A DNA stretch of 64,000 nt, from positions 52,569 through 116,568 of the forward strand of contig QCBG01000003.1 in assembly GCA_003279115.1 (NCBI GenBank), given 5' to 3'. How positions within the stretch are numbered: position 1 is the first letter of the stretch; each line of letters opens with the position of its first letter. The position numbers and the translations under genes were made by a program. Source of the DNA: Prochlorococcus sp. AG-347-E03 (lineage in GTDB: Bacteria > Cyanobacteriota > Cyanobacteriia > PCC-6307 > Cyanobiaceae). Of this stretch, positions 37,520 to 47,592 are shown piece by piece. The notes under the pieces were generated by a model. That model made no database searches and was not told the origin of the DNA. It was given only the letters and a program-made list of their open reading frames with translations.

Positions 37520-37544
37520 ATGATTTAGATAGTTACAACATTTA

Positions 37545-37924
37545 GAAAGCAGGTCATAAGCCGGGTTCTGTTCATCTTAATTAAGATGGGCAATCATCTA
37601 TCTAGGGCTGGAATTACTTCACAGTCTCAAGCGGCGCTTAAAAGTAGATTGTGAAATGGTCATAAATCTACTAAGCCTTGCTCCCAGCCGGGGTTTACCT
37701 AGCCAACACTTCTCAATGTTGCTGGTGCGCTCTTACCGCACCCTTGCACCCTTGCCATACAATATGTATGTATTCGGCGGTATGTTTCTGTGGCACTATC
37801 CTCACGGTTACCCGCACTGGGAATTACCCAGCAAGCCTGACCATATGGGAGCCCGGACTTTCCTCAAAAAAGTTTTATTTTGGAAACAAAATAAAACTTT
37901 TTTGCGATTGCCTCTCCTGCTTTC
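37545..37924 (-). ncRNA. rnpB: RNase P RNA (type A)
   Basis: Reverse complement has GAGGAAAGTCCGGGCT (CR-I), AGTGCCACAGAAA, GGTAAACCCC, ACAGAACCCGGCTTA (CR-V), and ends pair as P1 (GAAAGCAGG/CCTGCTTTC). Confidence 0.97.
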
Positions 37925-37927
37925 ATT

Positions 37928-37949
37928 TAGCATAGTGCTTATTGCACTA
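37928..37949. promoter_or_regulatory. Probable bidirectional promoter between rnpB and tRNA-Arg
   Basis: 38-bp spacer with overlapping TAnnnT hexamers on both strands (TAGCAT +, TATGCT -) and a TAGTGC-N5-GCACTA palindrome. Confidence 0.45.
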
Positions 37950-37962
37950 AAAATCATCTATT

Positions 37963-38036
<74 letters not shown>

Positions 38037-38114
38037 TAAAAATAAAAAACTATATGTAGTATGTGTGCAAATTTGCTACTCTCTAGCTAGCGTATAGTTA
38101 GTAATAAATCTTTT

Positions 38115-38447
38115 ATGGCTAAGTTGCATGATATGCGTTTGAAACTCTTAATTCAACAAGAGCATGAACGCATTTCTAAATCTCAACCTAATGATTTAGA
38201 TCTTTCAATAGTTCAGGCAAGATGCTTATGCTGGCTTGCTTTATTAGCAGAGGCTCATGAAGATCAAGCGAATGACGCTGAAAAAAGAGGGGATGCTGAA
38301 CAAGCAATGGGATGGTTTGCTGATTCTATGAGACTAAGAGACGTCATCAACTTGGTTACAAGTATTGAAATACCATTACCTGATAGTCCAGATTCTCTTG
38401 ATGAAAATGACGAATTATTGGATGGTCCTACAAATTTACCCAAATAG
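38115..38447 (+). CDS. Hypothetical protein (helical, acidic tail)
   Basis: 110 aa ATG ORF with protein-like composition; no recognised motif. Confidence 0.75.
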   Translation: MAKLHDMRLKLLIQQEHERISKSQPNDLDLSIVQARCLCWLALLAEAHEDQANDAEKRGDAEQAMGWFADSMRLRDVINLVTSIEIPLPDSPDSLDENDELLDGPTNLPK

Positions 38448-38478
38448 TGAGATGATATAGGAAGAGTTATATTATCTT

Positions 38479-38934
38479 TTGACTGAAGAACCATGTCAAT
38501 GCTCAGATTGTCAGAGATTTTACAAAGAGCATGATCGTCTTGTAAGGGAATTTCCTACTTTTAAGCAGCAGCAAGAATTGAATTGGGCATCAATTCAATC
38601 TTTTAGAACCCTTTGCAGTAAGGTTACCAATGAATTGCAAAAACAATTGACAGAAAGAGAATTAAATCAAGATATAAAACTAGAAGAAAAACATATTTCT
38701 GTTGAAGATATTAGTGAAGCTTTAGATGAACTTGAAAGTGTAAATGCTTATTTATATTCAATTGAAGCATTGATGGAGAGAATCTTTGATATAAAAATTT
38801 CAAATAATATTGAATCAAAATTTAAAGAAATTGCAAAAGAGATAGCACCAGATCCATTAAATGTGGATAGGTTAATTCTTAACAGATTATTTCATCAAAC
38901 TCCAGATTTCCCAGATAAGAAAAATATTAATTAG
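38479..38934 (+). CDS. Hypothetical protein with N-terminal CxCxxC
   Basis: 151 aa, TTG start, PCQCSDC followed by coiled-coil-like helices. Confidence 0.7.
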   Translation: MTEEPCQCSDCQRFYKEHDRLVREFPTFKQQQELNWASIQSFRTLCSKVTNELQKQLTERELNQDIKLEEKHISVEDISEALDELESVNAYLYSIEALMERIFDIKISNNIESKFKEIAKEIAPDPLNVDRLILNRLFHQTPDFPDKKNIN

Positions 38935-41461
38935 TTATTTCTTCTACATCACAAGTAATATCTACAGGCATTGGAGAGACTTTCCAAATTGATTCGCAGT
39001 ATTCTCTTATAGATCTATCTGATGAAAAATATCCTGATCTCGCCGTATTTAATAATGCCATTTTATTCCAATCTTTTTTATTATTCCAGCATTCACTGAC
39101 CACATCTTGTTTGTATAGATAGTCTTCAAAGTCAGCCATAACAAAGAATGGATCATGTCCGGTCAAGCTATTTAATAAAGGTTTAAATAATTCTTTATCC
39201 CCATTGCTAAAGTGGCCTATTTCAATTAGGCGTATTACTTCTTTAAGTTCTGGACATTGATCAATAAAAGTTTGTGGTGAATAATTATTATTTTTTAAAT
39301 CCATAATTTCACTTTCAGTTTTACCAAAAAGGAAGAAATTCTCTTTTTTCACAAGATCTCTTAATTCAACATTAGCTCCATCTAAGGTTCCAATAGTTAA
39401 AGCTCCATTCATTGCAAATTTCATATTTCCAGTTCCAGATGCTTCTTTTCCAGCAGTTGAAATTTGTTCTGAAAGATCCGTTGCAGGATAAACTATTTCA
39501 CCAAGTTTAACGTTGTAGTCTGGTAGAAATACAACTCTTAATAGGCCATCCATGTCAGGATCCGAATTGACTACGTCAGCAATACCATTTATAAATCGAA
39601 TCATCAGCTTTGCCATAAAGTAGCCTGGCGCAGCTTTACCTCCAAATATTATTGTTCTTGGTACTTCATATTTGTTTGTACCATTTTTGATTCTTAAATA
39701 TTGAGCAATAATTTGAAGAGCGTTTAAATGTTGCCTTTTATATTGATGTATTCTTTTTACTTGAACATCAAATAAGCTGGATGGGTCTACAAGTATTCCA
39801 GTTTTTGAATGGATAAAACTAGCTAATTTTCTTTTGCCATTTAGTTTAGTTTCCTCAAATTTTTCTAAAAAATTGTTGTCATCTTTTTTTTCTTCTAACT
39901 TCTTAAGAAGTTCCATATTTGTTATCCAATTTGGACCAACTTCTTCTTCTAGAAGATTAGATAATGATGGATTAGATAATGCAACCCATCTTCTTGGAGT
40001 AACCCCATTAGTTACATTTGTAAATTTTTCAGGCCATAATGCTGCGAATTCAGGCAGAAGTTGTCTTTTTATAAGATCTGAGTGAAGAGCTGCAACACCA
40101 TTTATATGATGGGCCCCGATTGTAGCCAAGTGAGCCATCCGAACTGATTTGGAGCCTTCTTCATCAATTATTGAAAGTTTTTGAAGGATCTTGTCATCTC
40201 CAGGGTAACGTAGTCTCAATTGCTGTAGAAATCTCCAATTAATTTCATAAATAATTTCTAGATGACGAGGAAGAAGATCATTAAATAAACCTAAATCCCA
40301 TTTCTCTAAAGCTTCTGGTAATAATGTGTGGTTGGTATAAGCAACAGAGGAGGTTGTTATATTCCAAGCTTTATCCCAGCCAATTTGATATTGATCAATA
40401 AGAAGTCGCATTAGTTCTGCAACAGCAATAGCAGGGTGGGTATCATTTAATTGGACTGTCCAATGATTAGGAAATTCTGTTATTGGTATTGATCTTTTTT
40501 CAAGGCTTCTCAACATATCTTGAAGAGAACAACTTACAAAAAAATGTTGTTGCTTGAGTCTTAATCTTCTACCTTCGTCAGTTCCATCATTTGGATATAG
40601 AACTTTTGAAAGTGTTTCAGATGCAACTTTTTCTTCTACTGCGCCGTAATAATCACCAATATTGAATGCATAAAAGTCAAAACTTTCAGTTGCATCAGCT
40701 CTCCATAATCTTAATCTGTCACATGTATTTACTCTGTATCCTAAAACTGGAACATCATGAGGTACTCCAATAGCATGTTCAGAGGGAATCCATCTTGATC
40801 TGTAGTTCCCTTTATCATCTCTATAACTTTCAGTTCTGCCTCCAAAACCAACAAAACATGATTCGTCTGGTTGTGGAAGTTCCCATGGCCAACCCCCTTT
40901 TAGCCATTTGTCAGTTACTTCAACTTGCCAACCATCCCTAATTAACTGATTGAATATTCCAAATTCATATCTAATACCATAACCAACTGCTGGAACTTGT
41001 AGCGATGCTAATGATTCCATATAACAAGCTGCAAGTCTGCCAAGTCCACCATTACCTAATCCAGGCTCCTCTTCAACTTCAAGAATTGTTGACAATGATT
41101 CGATGCCAAATCTTTTTAAAGCATCTTCTGCTTCTTGTGTTATTCCAAGATTTAGAAGATTATTACTTAATTGAGGGCCTATCAAAAATTCTGCTGATAA
41201 GTAGGCGACTGTTTTTTGTGGTTTTTTTCTTATGACTTCTTGGCTGGCTAAATATCTTGTCATTAGCCTATCTTTAACTGCATAACTTAAAGCCATATAC
41301 AAGTCGTGAGGACTTGCAGAAGTAGCTAACTTTCCAAGGGTATAAAATAGATGGGCTGTCATTCCTTGAAAAACAGCATCAGAATCCATGCCAGCCTTTT
41401 CAGGATCTAAGTAGCAGCCTGGAGTAGGCAAGCGTAGATCAAAGGGTTCGTTGGGATTCAT
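38927..41461 (-). CDS. glgP: Glycogen/alpha-glucan phosphorylase
   Basis: GLGNGGLGRLAAC, QLNDTHP, YTNHT, EASGTGNMK PLP site; start uncertain (41461-41491). Confidence 0.97.
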   Translation of the reverse strand: MNPNEPFDLRLPTPGCYLDPEKAGMDSDAVFQGMTAHLFYTLGKLATSASPHDLYMALSYAVKDRLMTRYLASQEVIRKKPQKTVAYLSAEFLIGPQLSNNLLNLGITQEAEDALKRFGIESLSTILEVEEEPGLGNGGLGRLAACYMESLASLQVPAVGYGIRYEFGIFNQLIRDGWQVEVTDKWLKGGWPWELPQPDESCFVGFGGRTESYRDDKGNYRSRWIPSEHAIGVPHDVPVLGYRVNTCDRLRLWRADATESFDFYAFNIGDYYGAVEEKVASETLSKVLYPNDGTDEGRRLRLKQQHFFVSCSLQDMLRSLEKRSIPITEFPNHWTVQLNDTHPAIAVAELMRLLIDQYQIGWDKAWNITTSSVAYTNHTLLPEALEKWDLGLFNDLLPRHLEIIYEINWRFLQQLRLRYPGDDKILQKLSIIDEEGSKSVRMAHLATIGAHHINGVAALHSDLIKRQLLPEFAALWPEKFTNVTNGVTPRRWVALSNPSLSNLLEEEVGPNWITNMELLKKLEEKKDDNNFLEKFEETKLNGKRKLASFIHSKTGILVDPSSLFDVQVKRIHQYKRQHLNALQIIAQYLRIKNGTNKYEVPRTIIFGGKAAPGYFMAKLMIRFINGIADVVNSDPDMDGLLRVVFLPDYNVKLGEIVYPATDLSEQISTAGKEASGTGNMKFAMNGALTIGTLDGANVELRDLVKKENFFLFGKTESEIMDLKNNNYSPQTFIDQCPELKEVIRLIEIGHFSNGDKELFKPLLNSLTGHDPFFVMADFEDYLYKQDVVSECWNNKKDWNKMALLNTARSGYFSSDRSIREYCESIWKVSPMPVDITCDVEEITN

Positions 41462-41627
41462 TGGTTTAGCCATATAACAGACAATAGCCATTTTTTTGAA
41501 AATTTCTTTGTTGTAACTTCAGATCCACACTTGTTGAGTATTTTTGCTTTTTTCTTACATATTTCTTAAAGTGGGCCCTCTATAAACTATCTTCCAATTA
41601 GGTAGTTTATTTTTTCTCTCATTTCAT

Positions 41628-42995
41628 ATGTATTCTTTACTTGCTGAATTAAGTGCACATGATTTAGAAGTTGCTGAAACTTTAATAGGAGTTATAAGGT
41701 TTCTACTGATATTTTTAGCTGCAAGAGCATTAGCAGAAGTATTAGTAAGACTAAGTTTACCAACTATAGTAGGTGAGCTGCTCGCAGGAGTTGTAATAGG
41801 GGCATCGGGATTCCATTTGTTGATACCGCCCTCAGCAGGAACCGAATTAAATGAAGGACTCGTAAATGTTATTAGCTCGTTGGCGTCTATCCCCCCAGAA
41901 GCGGTACCTGATGTTTATTTCGAAAGTTTTCCATCCCTACAAGCAGTAGCAACTCTAGGCTTATATGCGCTTTTATTTTTAACAGGATTAGAAAGTGAGT
42001 TAGAGGAATTAGTAGCTGTCGGAGCTCAAGCTTTTACAGTTGCTATGGCTGGTGTAATTTTACCTTTTGCCTTTGGAACTCTTGGATTAATGTTTATTTT
42101 CCAGGTAGATCTAATTCCAGCAGTTTTTGCTGGAGCATCTATGACAGCAACAAGTATAGGAATTACTGCTAGTGTTTTCGGTGAATTAGGTTATTTAAAA
42201 ACCAGAGAAGGACAGATTGTTATTGGTGCAGCAGTATTAGACGATATTTTGGGAATTGTAATTCTGGCTGTTGTTGTGGCTCTTGCTGCAGGAGGTACTT
42301 TAGAAATTGCTCCTATTGTTAAATTAGTTGCTGCAGCTGTCGTATTTGTTATTGCTGCTATCGCATTAAGTAGAACTGCAGCCCCTGGGTTTGATTGGTT
42401 ATTAGATAGATTAAAGGCTCCTGGAGCCGTAGTGGTGGCTTCTTTTGTGATACTTGTGCTCTGTTGTTTTGTCGCAACAGCTATTGGATTAGAAGCAGCT
42501 TTAGGTGCTTTTGCAGCTGGACTAATTCTTAGTAGTTCTAAGAATAATCATGCAATCCAACAATCCGTTTTACCTTTAGTATCCTTATTCGCAACTATTT
42601 TCTTCGTATTAGTAGGAGCTGGAATGGATTTATCAGTTATCAATCCACTTGATCCAACAAGTAGGTCAGCTCTTGTAGTTGCAGGATTTTTATTAGTTGT
42701 AGCAATTATTGGAAAAATTGCTGCAGGATGGGTATTTTCGAGTGATAAACCTACTAACAGATTAGTTGTAGGTTTGGGCATGATGCCTAGAGGAGAGGTT
42801 GGTTTAATTTTCCTTGGGCTAGGAACAAGTGCTAAGTTGTTAACTCCTTCTCTTGAAGCAGCTATTTTATTAATGGTTATAGGAACTACATTTCTTGCAC
42901 CTGTTCTCTTGAGAATTGTTCTAAAAGATAAGCCACCAAATGATGGCAATAAAATTTCAGATGATGTTGCAGCTGATCCTGTAGGTCTTCTTTAG
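41628..42995 (+). CDS. CPA2 Na+/H+ antiporter (NhaS3/NapA-like)
   Basis: Multi-TM; VGELLAG, ATSIGIT, GAAVLDD, GMMPRGEVGL. Confidence 0.92.
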   Translation: MYSLLAELSAHDLEVAETLIGVIRFLLIFLAARALAEVLVRLSLPTIVGELLAGVVIGASGFHLLIPPSAGTELNEGLVNVISSLASIPPEAVPDVYFESFPSLQAVATLGLYALLFLTGLESELEELVAVGAQAFTVAMAGVILPFAFGTLGLMFIFQVDLIPAVFAGASMTATSIGITASVFGELGYLKTREGQIVIGAAVLDDILGIVILAVVVALAAGGTLEIAPIVKLVAAAVVFVIAAIALSRTAAPGFDWLLDRLKAPGAVVVASFVILVLCCFVATAIGLEAALGAFAAGLILSSSKNNHAIQQSVLPLVSLFATIFFVLVGAGMDLSVINPLDPTSRSALVVAGFLLVVAIIGKIAAGWVFSSDKPTNRLVVGLGMMPRGEVGLIFLGLGTSAKLLTPSLEAAILLMVIGTTFLAPVLLRIVLKDKPPNDGNKISDDVAADPVGLL

Positions 42996-43038
42996 GAAAT
43001 AATTTTATTAGTATTAATTGATATAGTATTTTCATTAA

Positions 43039-43938
43039 ATGGAAAAATCAGCTCTGATAGATAGTGACGTAAATTATGACTGGAATTTTTTAAATTACCC
43101 AATACATACTATTTCTGCTAAGCCTGAGCAAACATCAAAAGAATGTGCAATTTTATTAATTCATGGTTTTGGGGCCTCTACCGATCATTGGAGATTCAAT
43201 ATCCCTATTTTGAGTAGCAAATATGAGGTTCATGCGATCGATCTTCTAGGTTTTGGAAAAAGTCCTAAGCCCCAAGATGTTGAATACTCAGGATCTTTAT
43301 GGAAGGATCAGGTTGTTGCTTATGTACAAGAGAAAATAAAAAAACCCACAATTGTTGTTGGAAATTCATTAGGTGGTTATGCAGCATTAGCAGCTGGTGC
43401 AGAATTAAATGATCTAAATGCAGGAGTGATATTACTTAATGCTGCAGGATATTTTAGTGAAGAAAAAACTATCAAAAAGAATATGTTACAAACTTCAATT
43501 GAGACAGTTGCCGGCATATTTTTGAAAAATATTGTTCTTCAACGTTTGATTTTTGAGAATATGAGAAATCCAAAAAATATTAAAAAAACTTTAAATCAAG
43601 TTTACGTTGATAAAAAAAATGTTGATGATTTTTTAGTTGAGTCAATAAGGAAGCCTTCATTAGATTTTGGAGCTTTTAATGTTTTTAGAAGTGTATTTAA
43701 CCCATCAGGTCCTCAGGGATTGCCGTTGGATAAGCTATTCGCAAAACTAAATGCACCATTATTACTTCTTTGGGGAGGGAAGGATCCATGGATGAATACT
43801 CCAAAAAAAAGAAATCTATATAAAAAATTTACACCAAAGAATACAAAAGAAATTATTCTTAATGCAGGACATTGCCCTCATGATGAGATACCTGAATTAG
43901 TTAATCAGCATATTTTGGATTGGGTTGATTCTCTTTAA
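43039..43938 (+). CDS. Alpha/beta fold hydrolase
   Basis: LIHGFGAS, GNSLGG, AGHCPHDE. Confidence 0.92.
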   Translation: MEKSALIDSDVNYDWNFLNYPIHTISAKPEQTSKECAILLIHGFGASTDHWRFNIPILSSKYEVHAIDLLGFGKSPKPQDVEYSGSLWKDQVVAYVQEKIKKPTIVVGNSLGGYAALAAGAELNDLNAGVILLNAAGYFSEEKTIKKNMLQTSIETVAGIFLKNIVLQRLIFENMRNPKNIKKTLNQVYVDKKNVDDFLVESIRKPSLDFGAFNVFRSVFNPSGPQGLPLDKLFAKLNAPLLLLWGGKDPWMNTPKKRNLYKKFTPKNTKEIILNAGHCPHDEIPELVNQHILDWVDSL

Positions 43939-43947
43939 TTAATAATC

Positions 43948-44802
43948 GTGAAACTTGAACTATCTAATAAGGACAAAGGAATTTTCGTCTTTCAATTAGA
44001 TAAAAATAATTACATTAAATTTTGTCCTGAAAGAGGAGGCGTTATTACAAATTGGGTTTCTGATGGTAATGAAATACTTTATTTCGATGAAACAAGATTT
44101 ATGGACAAGACAAAAAGTATAAGGGGAGGAATCCCAATATTGTTTCCAATTTGTGGAAATCTCAATACCTCTAGTTCAGTATTTGGAAATGGTTATTTGC
44201 AATTACCACAACATGGTTTCGCTAGGGATTTGCAATGGCAATACTCTTTCAATGAAAATGAAAAATTTTTATGCTTATTTTTAAATGCATCTCAACAAAC
44301 CAAAAAATATTATCCTTTCGATTTCGAACTCAAAATAGAAGTTACCTTAAAAATTAACTTTTTAGAATTTGAAATAACAATCTATAACAAAACAGATTTT
44401 GCCATGCCTATCAATTTTGGTTTGCATCCTTATTTTAATGTTTCAGATTTCAAAAATTTAGAGTTTATTGATAATCCACTTAATTGTCAGGATCAAGAAA
44501 GAAATTCTATATGTAATACTTTGGATGAATTAAACAAAATTAATTTAGGAGTTGATCTACTTATGTATACTTCCGGTAGAAGCTCTTTTAAAGATAAGAT
44601 TTTTAATAGAGAGGTAACTTTAAATCATCCATATCCTTTTAATATAGGCGTTATTTGGAGTGATCCTCCAAGAAGAATGATATGTCTCGAACCTTGGACT
44701 AGTCCCCGAAATTCTTTTGTTGATGGATTTAGAAACATTATGATTCCTTCAAATGATAGTAAAAGGTTAAATGCCTCAATACAAATAAAATCTCTTAAGT
44801 AA
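43948..44802 (+). CDS. Aldose 1-epimerase family protein
   Basis: IRGGIPILFP, HGFAR, FGLHPYF, CLEPW. Confidence 0.9.
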   Translation: MKLELSNKDKGIFVFQLDKNNYIKFCPERGGVITNWVSDGNEILYFDETRFMDKTKSIRGGIPILFPICGNLNTSSSVFGNGYLQLPQHGFARDLQWQYSFNENEKFLCLFLNASQQTKKYYPFDFELKIEVTLKINFLEFEITIYNKTDFAMPINFGLHPYFNVSDFKNLEFIDNPLNCQDQERNSICNTLDELNKINLGVDLLMYTSGRSSFKDKIFNREVTLNHPYPFNIGVIWSDPPRRMICLEPWTSPRNSFVDGFRNIMIPSNDSKRLNASIQIKSLK

Positions 44803-44815
44803 TTTTGCAATACTT

Positions 44816-46165
44816 ATGAAATTTGTTGTTATAGATGATGATCCCACAGGCTCTCAAACTGTTCAAGATTGCCTATTACTGCTTAAGTGGGACTGCTCGA
44901 CTTTAGTCAAAGGTTTTGAATCTAAATCTAATTTATTTTTTATTTTGGCTAACACAAGGTCACTATCTGAAAATGATGCGAAATTAACAATAGAGGAAAT
45001 TTGTAAAAATCTTAAGACTGTAATAACTTCTCAAGCCTATGAAGAAGAAATTATTTTTATAAGTAGAGGAGACTCTACTCTTCGAGGACATAACTATTTA
45101 GAGCCAATTGCTCTAAATAGTTGCTTAGGTCCTTTTGATGCTACTTTTCATATTCCAGCTTTCATAGAGGGTAAAAGATTAACAATTAACGGATCTCATT
45201 TTGTTGATAAAACTCCTATTAGTCAAACAATTTTTGCAACAGATAAAATTTTTGGATATGAGACAAGTAATGTTAAGAATCTTTTATTTCAGCAGAGTAA
45301 ATCGCAAATAAATTTTGAAGATATTCAAAATCTTTTATTGTCAGATATCGAAATGCTAAATGATGAAGAAAATAATATTGTTTTTAAAACAATAAAGAAC
45401 TTGAAGAATAATAAACATGTAGTTGTAGATGTAGAAAATTATTCTCAACTAAAAAAATTTTCTTTAGTAATTAAAAAATTAATTAAACAAAAAAAATTCC
45501 TTTTTCGAACTGCAGCAAGTTTTATAAGTTCAATTTCTGAGAAAAAAAGTGTCTCTCAGAGTGAAATATTTTTCTCTAACTTACGAATAAGAAATAAAGA
45601 AAAGAGTTTTCTTCCAGGACTAATAATTGTTGGATCTTATGTAGAACTATCAACAATACAATTGAATAATTTATTGGAGATAAGTAATTGCAATCCAGTT
45701 GAATTAGATGTTTTTGAATTCTTTAAAATTACTTCATCAGATAATAATCAAAAGCGAAGGAATTTGTTTAAAAATAAATTGTTGAAAGAAATTAGATTTT
45801 CTTTTGAGAAAGGAAAAACTCCTGTTTTGTTTACTTCAAGAAAATTTATGTCTTTAGATGCTTCTGAACTATTTAATTTTTATAATTTACTTGCTTGTTT
45901 TATTGCTGAATTAGTCGCAGATTTGAAGTATGAAATAGGATATTTGATTTCAAAAGGAGGAATAACAACAAATTTGATTCTTAGTAAAGGACTTAATGCA
46001 GATTATGTTTATCTTGAAGGACAGATTTTAACTGGCATTTCAGTGGTGACATACAATCTAAAAAATGGCGAAAACCTTCCCATTGTTACTCATCCTGGAA
46101 ACATTGGCACTAAAGATTCACTGGTTAATATTTGGAAAGTTTTTGAAAATAAAAATAATTTTTAA
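44816..46165 (+). CDS. Four-carbon acid sugar kinase family protein (DUF1537/YgbK)
   Basis: IDDDPTG, NTRSL, RGDSTLRGH, PAF..GKR, SKGGIT, PGNIG. Confidence 0.88.
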   Translation: MKFVVIDDDPTGSQTVQDCLLLLKWDCSTLVKGFESKSNLFFILANTRSLSENDAKLTIEEICKNLKTVITSQAYEEEIIFISRGDSTLRGHNYLEPIALNSCLGPFDATFHIPAFIEGKRLTINGSHFVDKTPISQTIFATDKIFGYETSNVKNLLFQQSKSQINFEDIQNLLLSDIEMLNDEENNIVFKTIKNLKNNKHVVVDVENYSQLKKFSLVIKKLIKQKKFLFRTAASFISSISEKKSVSQSEIFFSNLRIRNKEKSFLPGLIIVGSYVELSTIQLNNLLEISNCNPVELDVFEFFKITSSDNNQKRRNLFKNKLLKEIRFSFEKGKTPVLFTSRKFMSLDASELFNFYNLLACFIAELVADLKYEIGYLISKGGITTNLILSKGLNADYVYLEGQILTGISVVTYNLKNGENLPIVTHPGNIGTKDSLVNIWKVFENKNNF

Positions 46166-46167
46166 AA

Positions 46168-47592
46168 TTAGAAATTTGAGATAATTTCTTCAGCAAAACT
46201 GCTGCAGGATAAGGGTTCTACTTTTGGTTCCATTAAGCGTGCTAGATCATAGGTGACTTTTTTTTGCTCTATTGCCTTACTTAAACCATTAGTAATTAAG
46301 TTAGCTGCTTCATCCCAACCAAAATATTCAAGCATCATTACACCACTAAGAATTACTGAGCCTGGATTAATCTTATTTAAGCCTGCATGTTTTGGCGCAG
46401 TTCCGTGAGTAGCTTCGAAAATTGCTGCATTATCTCCAATATTTGCACCAGGAGCCATACCTAGGCCACCAACAATTGCTGCAGCTGCATCAGAAACATA
46501 GTCTCCATTGAGATTTAAGGTTGCAAGAATTGAATATTCTTGAGGTCTAGTTTGAATTTGTTGAAATATACTATCAGCTATCCGATCATCAACAAGAATA
46601 AGTTCTTTCCATTTTCCATCTCCGTGAGAATTTGATATTGATGCGATAACTTCTTTAATTTCTTCGCAAATGAATGCTTTTTTGTTATTTGTAAGCTTGT
46701 CAAAACCTGGTTCAATTTTTCGAGCATTATTTTCAATTGTAATTTCTGGATTTTTCTGAATATTATCTAAAATCCAGCTTTCTCTTTCTGTAATGCAATC
46801 TTCCCTAAATTCATTAACTGCTAATTCATATCCCCAATCTCTAAATGCACCTTCTGTATATTTCATAATATTCCCTTTATGTACAAGAGTCACATGCCTT
46901 TTATCTCCTGATAATCTTTTAGCATGTTCAATAGCTTTTCTAATATGCCTTTGGCTACCAGATTTACTCACCGGTTTTATTCCAATACCTGATCCGGCAG
47001 GTATAGATCTATTTTTTAAATTTTTACTTTTTGGTATGACAACGTTATTTAAGTGATTAATTAATTCAAGACAATTATTATCCTCTGCTTCCCATTCAAT
47101 TCCCATGTAGATATCCTCAGTATTTTCTCTATAAACAATAACGTCTAAATTTTGGGGATTTTTGTGAGGGCTTGGAGTTCCTGAATAATATTTGCATGGT
47201 CTAACACAGCTATATAAATCAAAGATTTGTCTTAATGCAACATTAAGAGATCTAATACCTCCACCGATGGGAGTTGTTAAAGGACCTTTGATGGCTACAC
47301 CAAAGTGTTTGATTGCTTCAATAGTATCTTGAGGGAGGTAGTTATATGTTCCATAAAGTTCACAAGCTTCATCTCCTGCATAGACTTTAAACCAATTAAT
47401 TTTTCTTTCATCTCCATAGCTTTTTTTAATAGCTGAATCAAGAACGATTTGAGTTGCAGGCCAAATATCAACTCCAGTACCATCACCCCTAATAAATGGG
47501 ACAATTGGATTATTAGGAACATTAGGTTTGCCTTGATCAAAAGTTATTATCTCGCCTTCACTAGGTAAAGTTAATTTTTCAAATTTTGGCAT
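46168..47592 (-). CDS. icd: NADP-dependent isocitrate dehydrogenase
   Basis: GDGTG, KGPLTTP, VHKGNIMK, NLNGDY, EATHGTAPKH and TYDLAR (NADP-type residues). Confidence 0.97.
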   Translation of the reverse strand: MPKFEKLTLPSEGEIITFDQGKPNVPNNPIVPFIRGDGTGVDIWPATQIVLDSAIKKSYGDERKINWFKVYAGDEACELYGTYNYLPQDTIEAIKHFGVAIKGPLTTPIGGGIRSLNVALRQIFDLYSCVRPCKYYSGTPSPHKNPQNLDVIVYRENTEDIYMGIEWEAEDNNCLELINHLNNVVIPKSKNLKNRSIPAGSGIGIKPVSKSGSQRHIRKAIEHAKRLSGDKRHVTLVHKGNIMKYTEGAFRDWGYELAVNEFREDCITERESWILDNIQKNPEITIENNARKIEPGFDKLTNNKKAFICEEIKEVIASISNSHGDGKWKELILVDDRIADSIFQQIQTRPQEYSILATLNLNGDYVSDAAAAIVGGLGMAPGANIGDNAAIFEATHGTAPKHAGLNKINPGSVILSGVMMLEYFGWDEAANLITNGLSKAIEQKKVTYDLARLMEPKVEPLSCSSFAEEIISNF

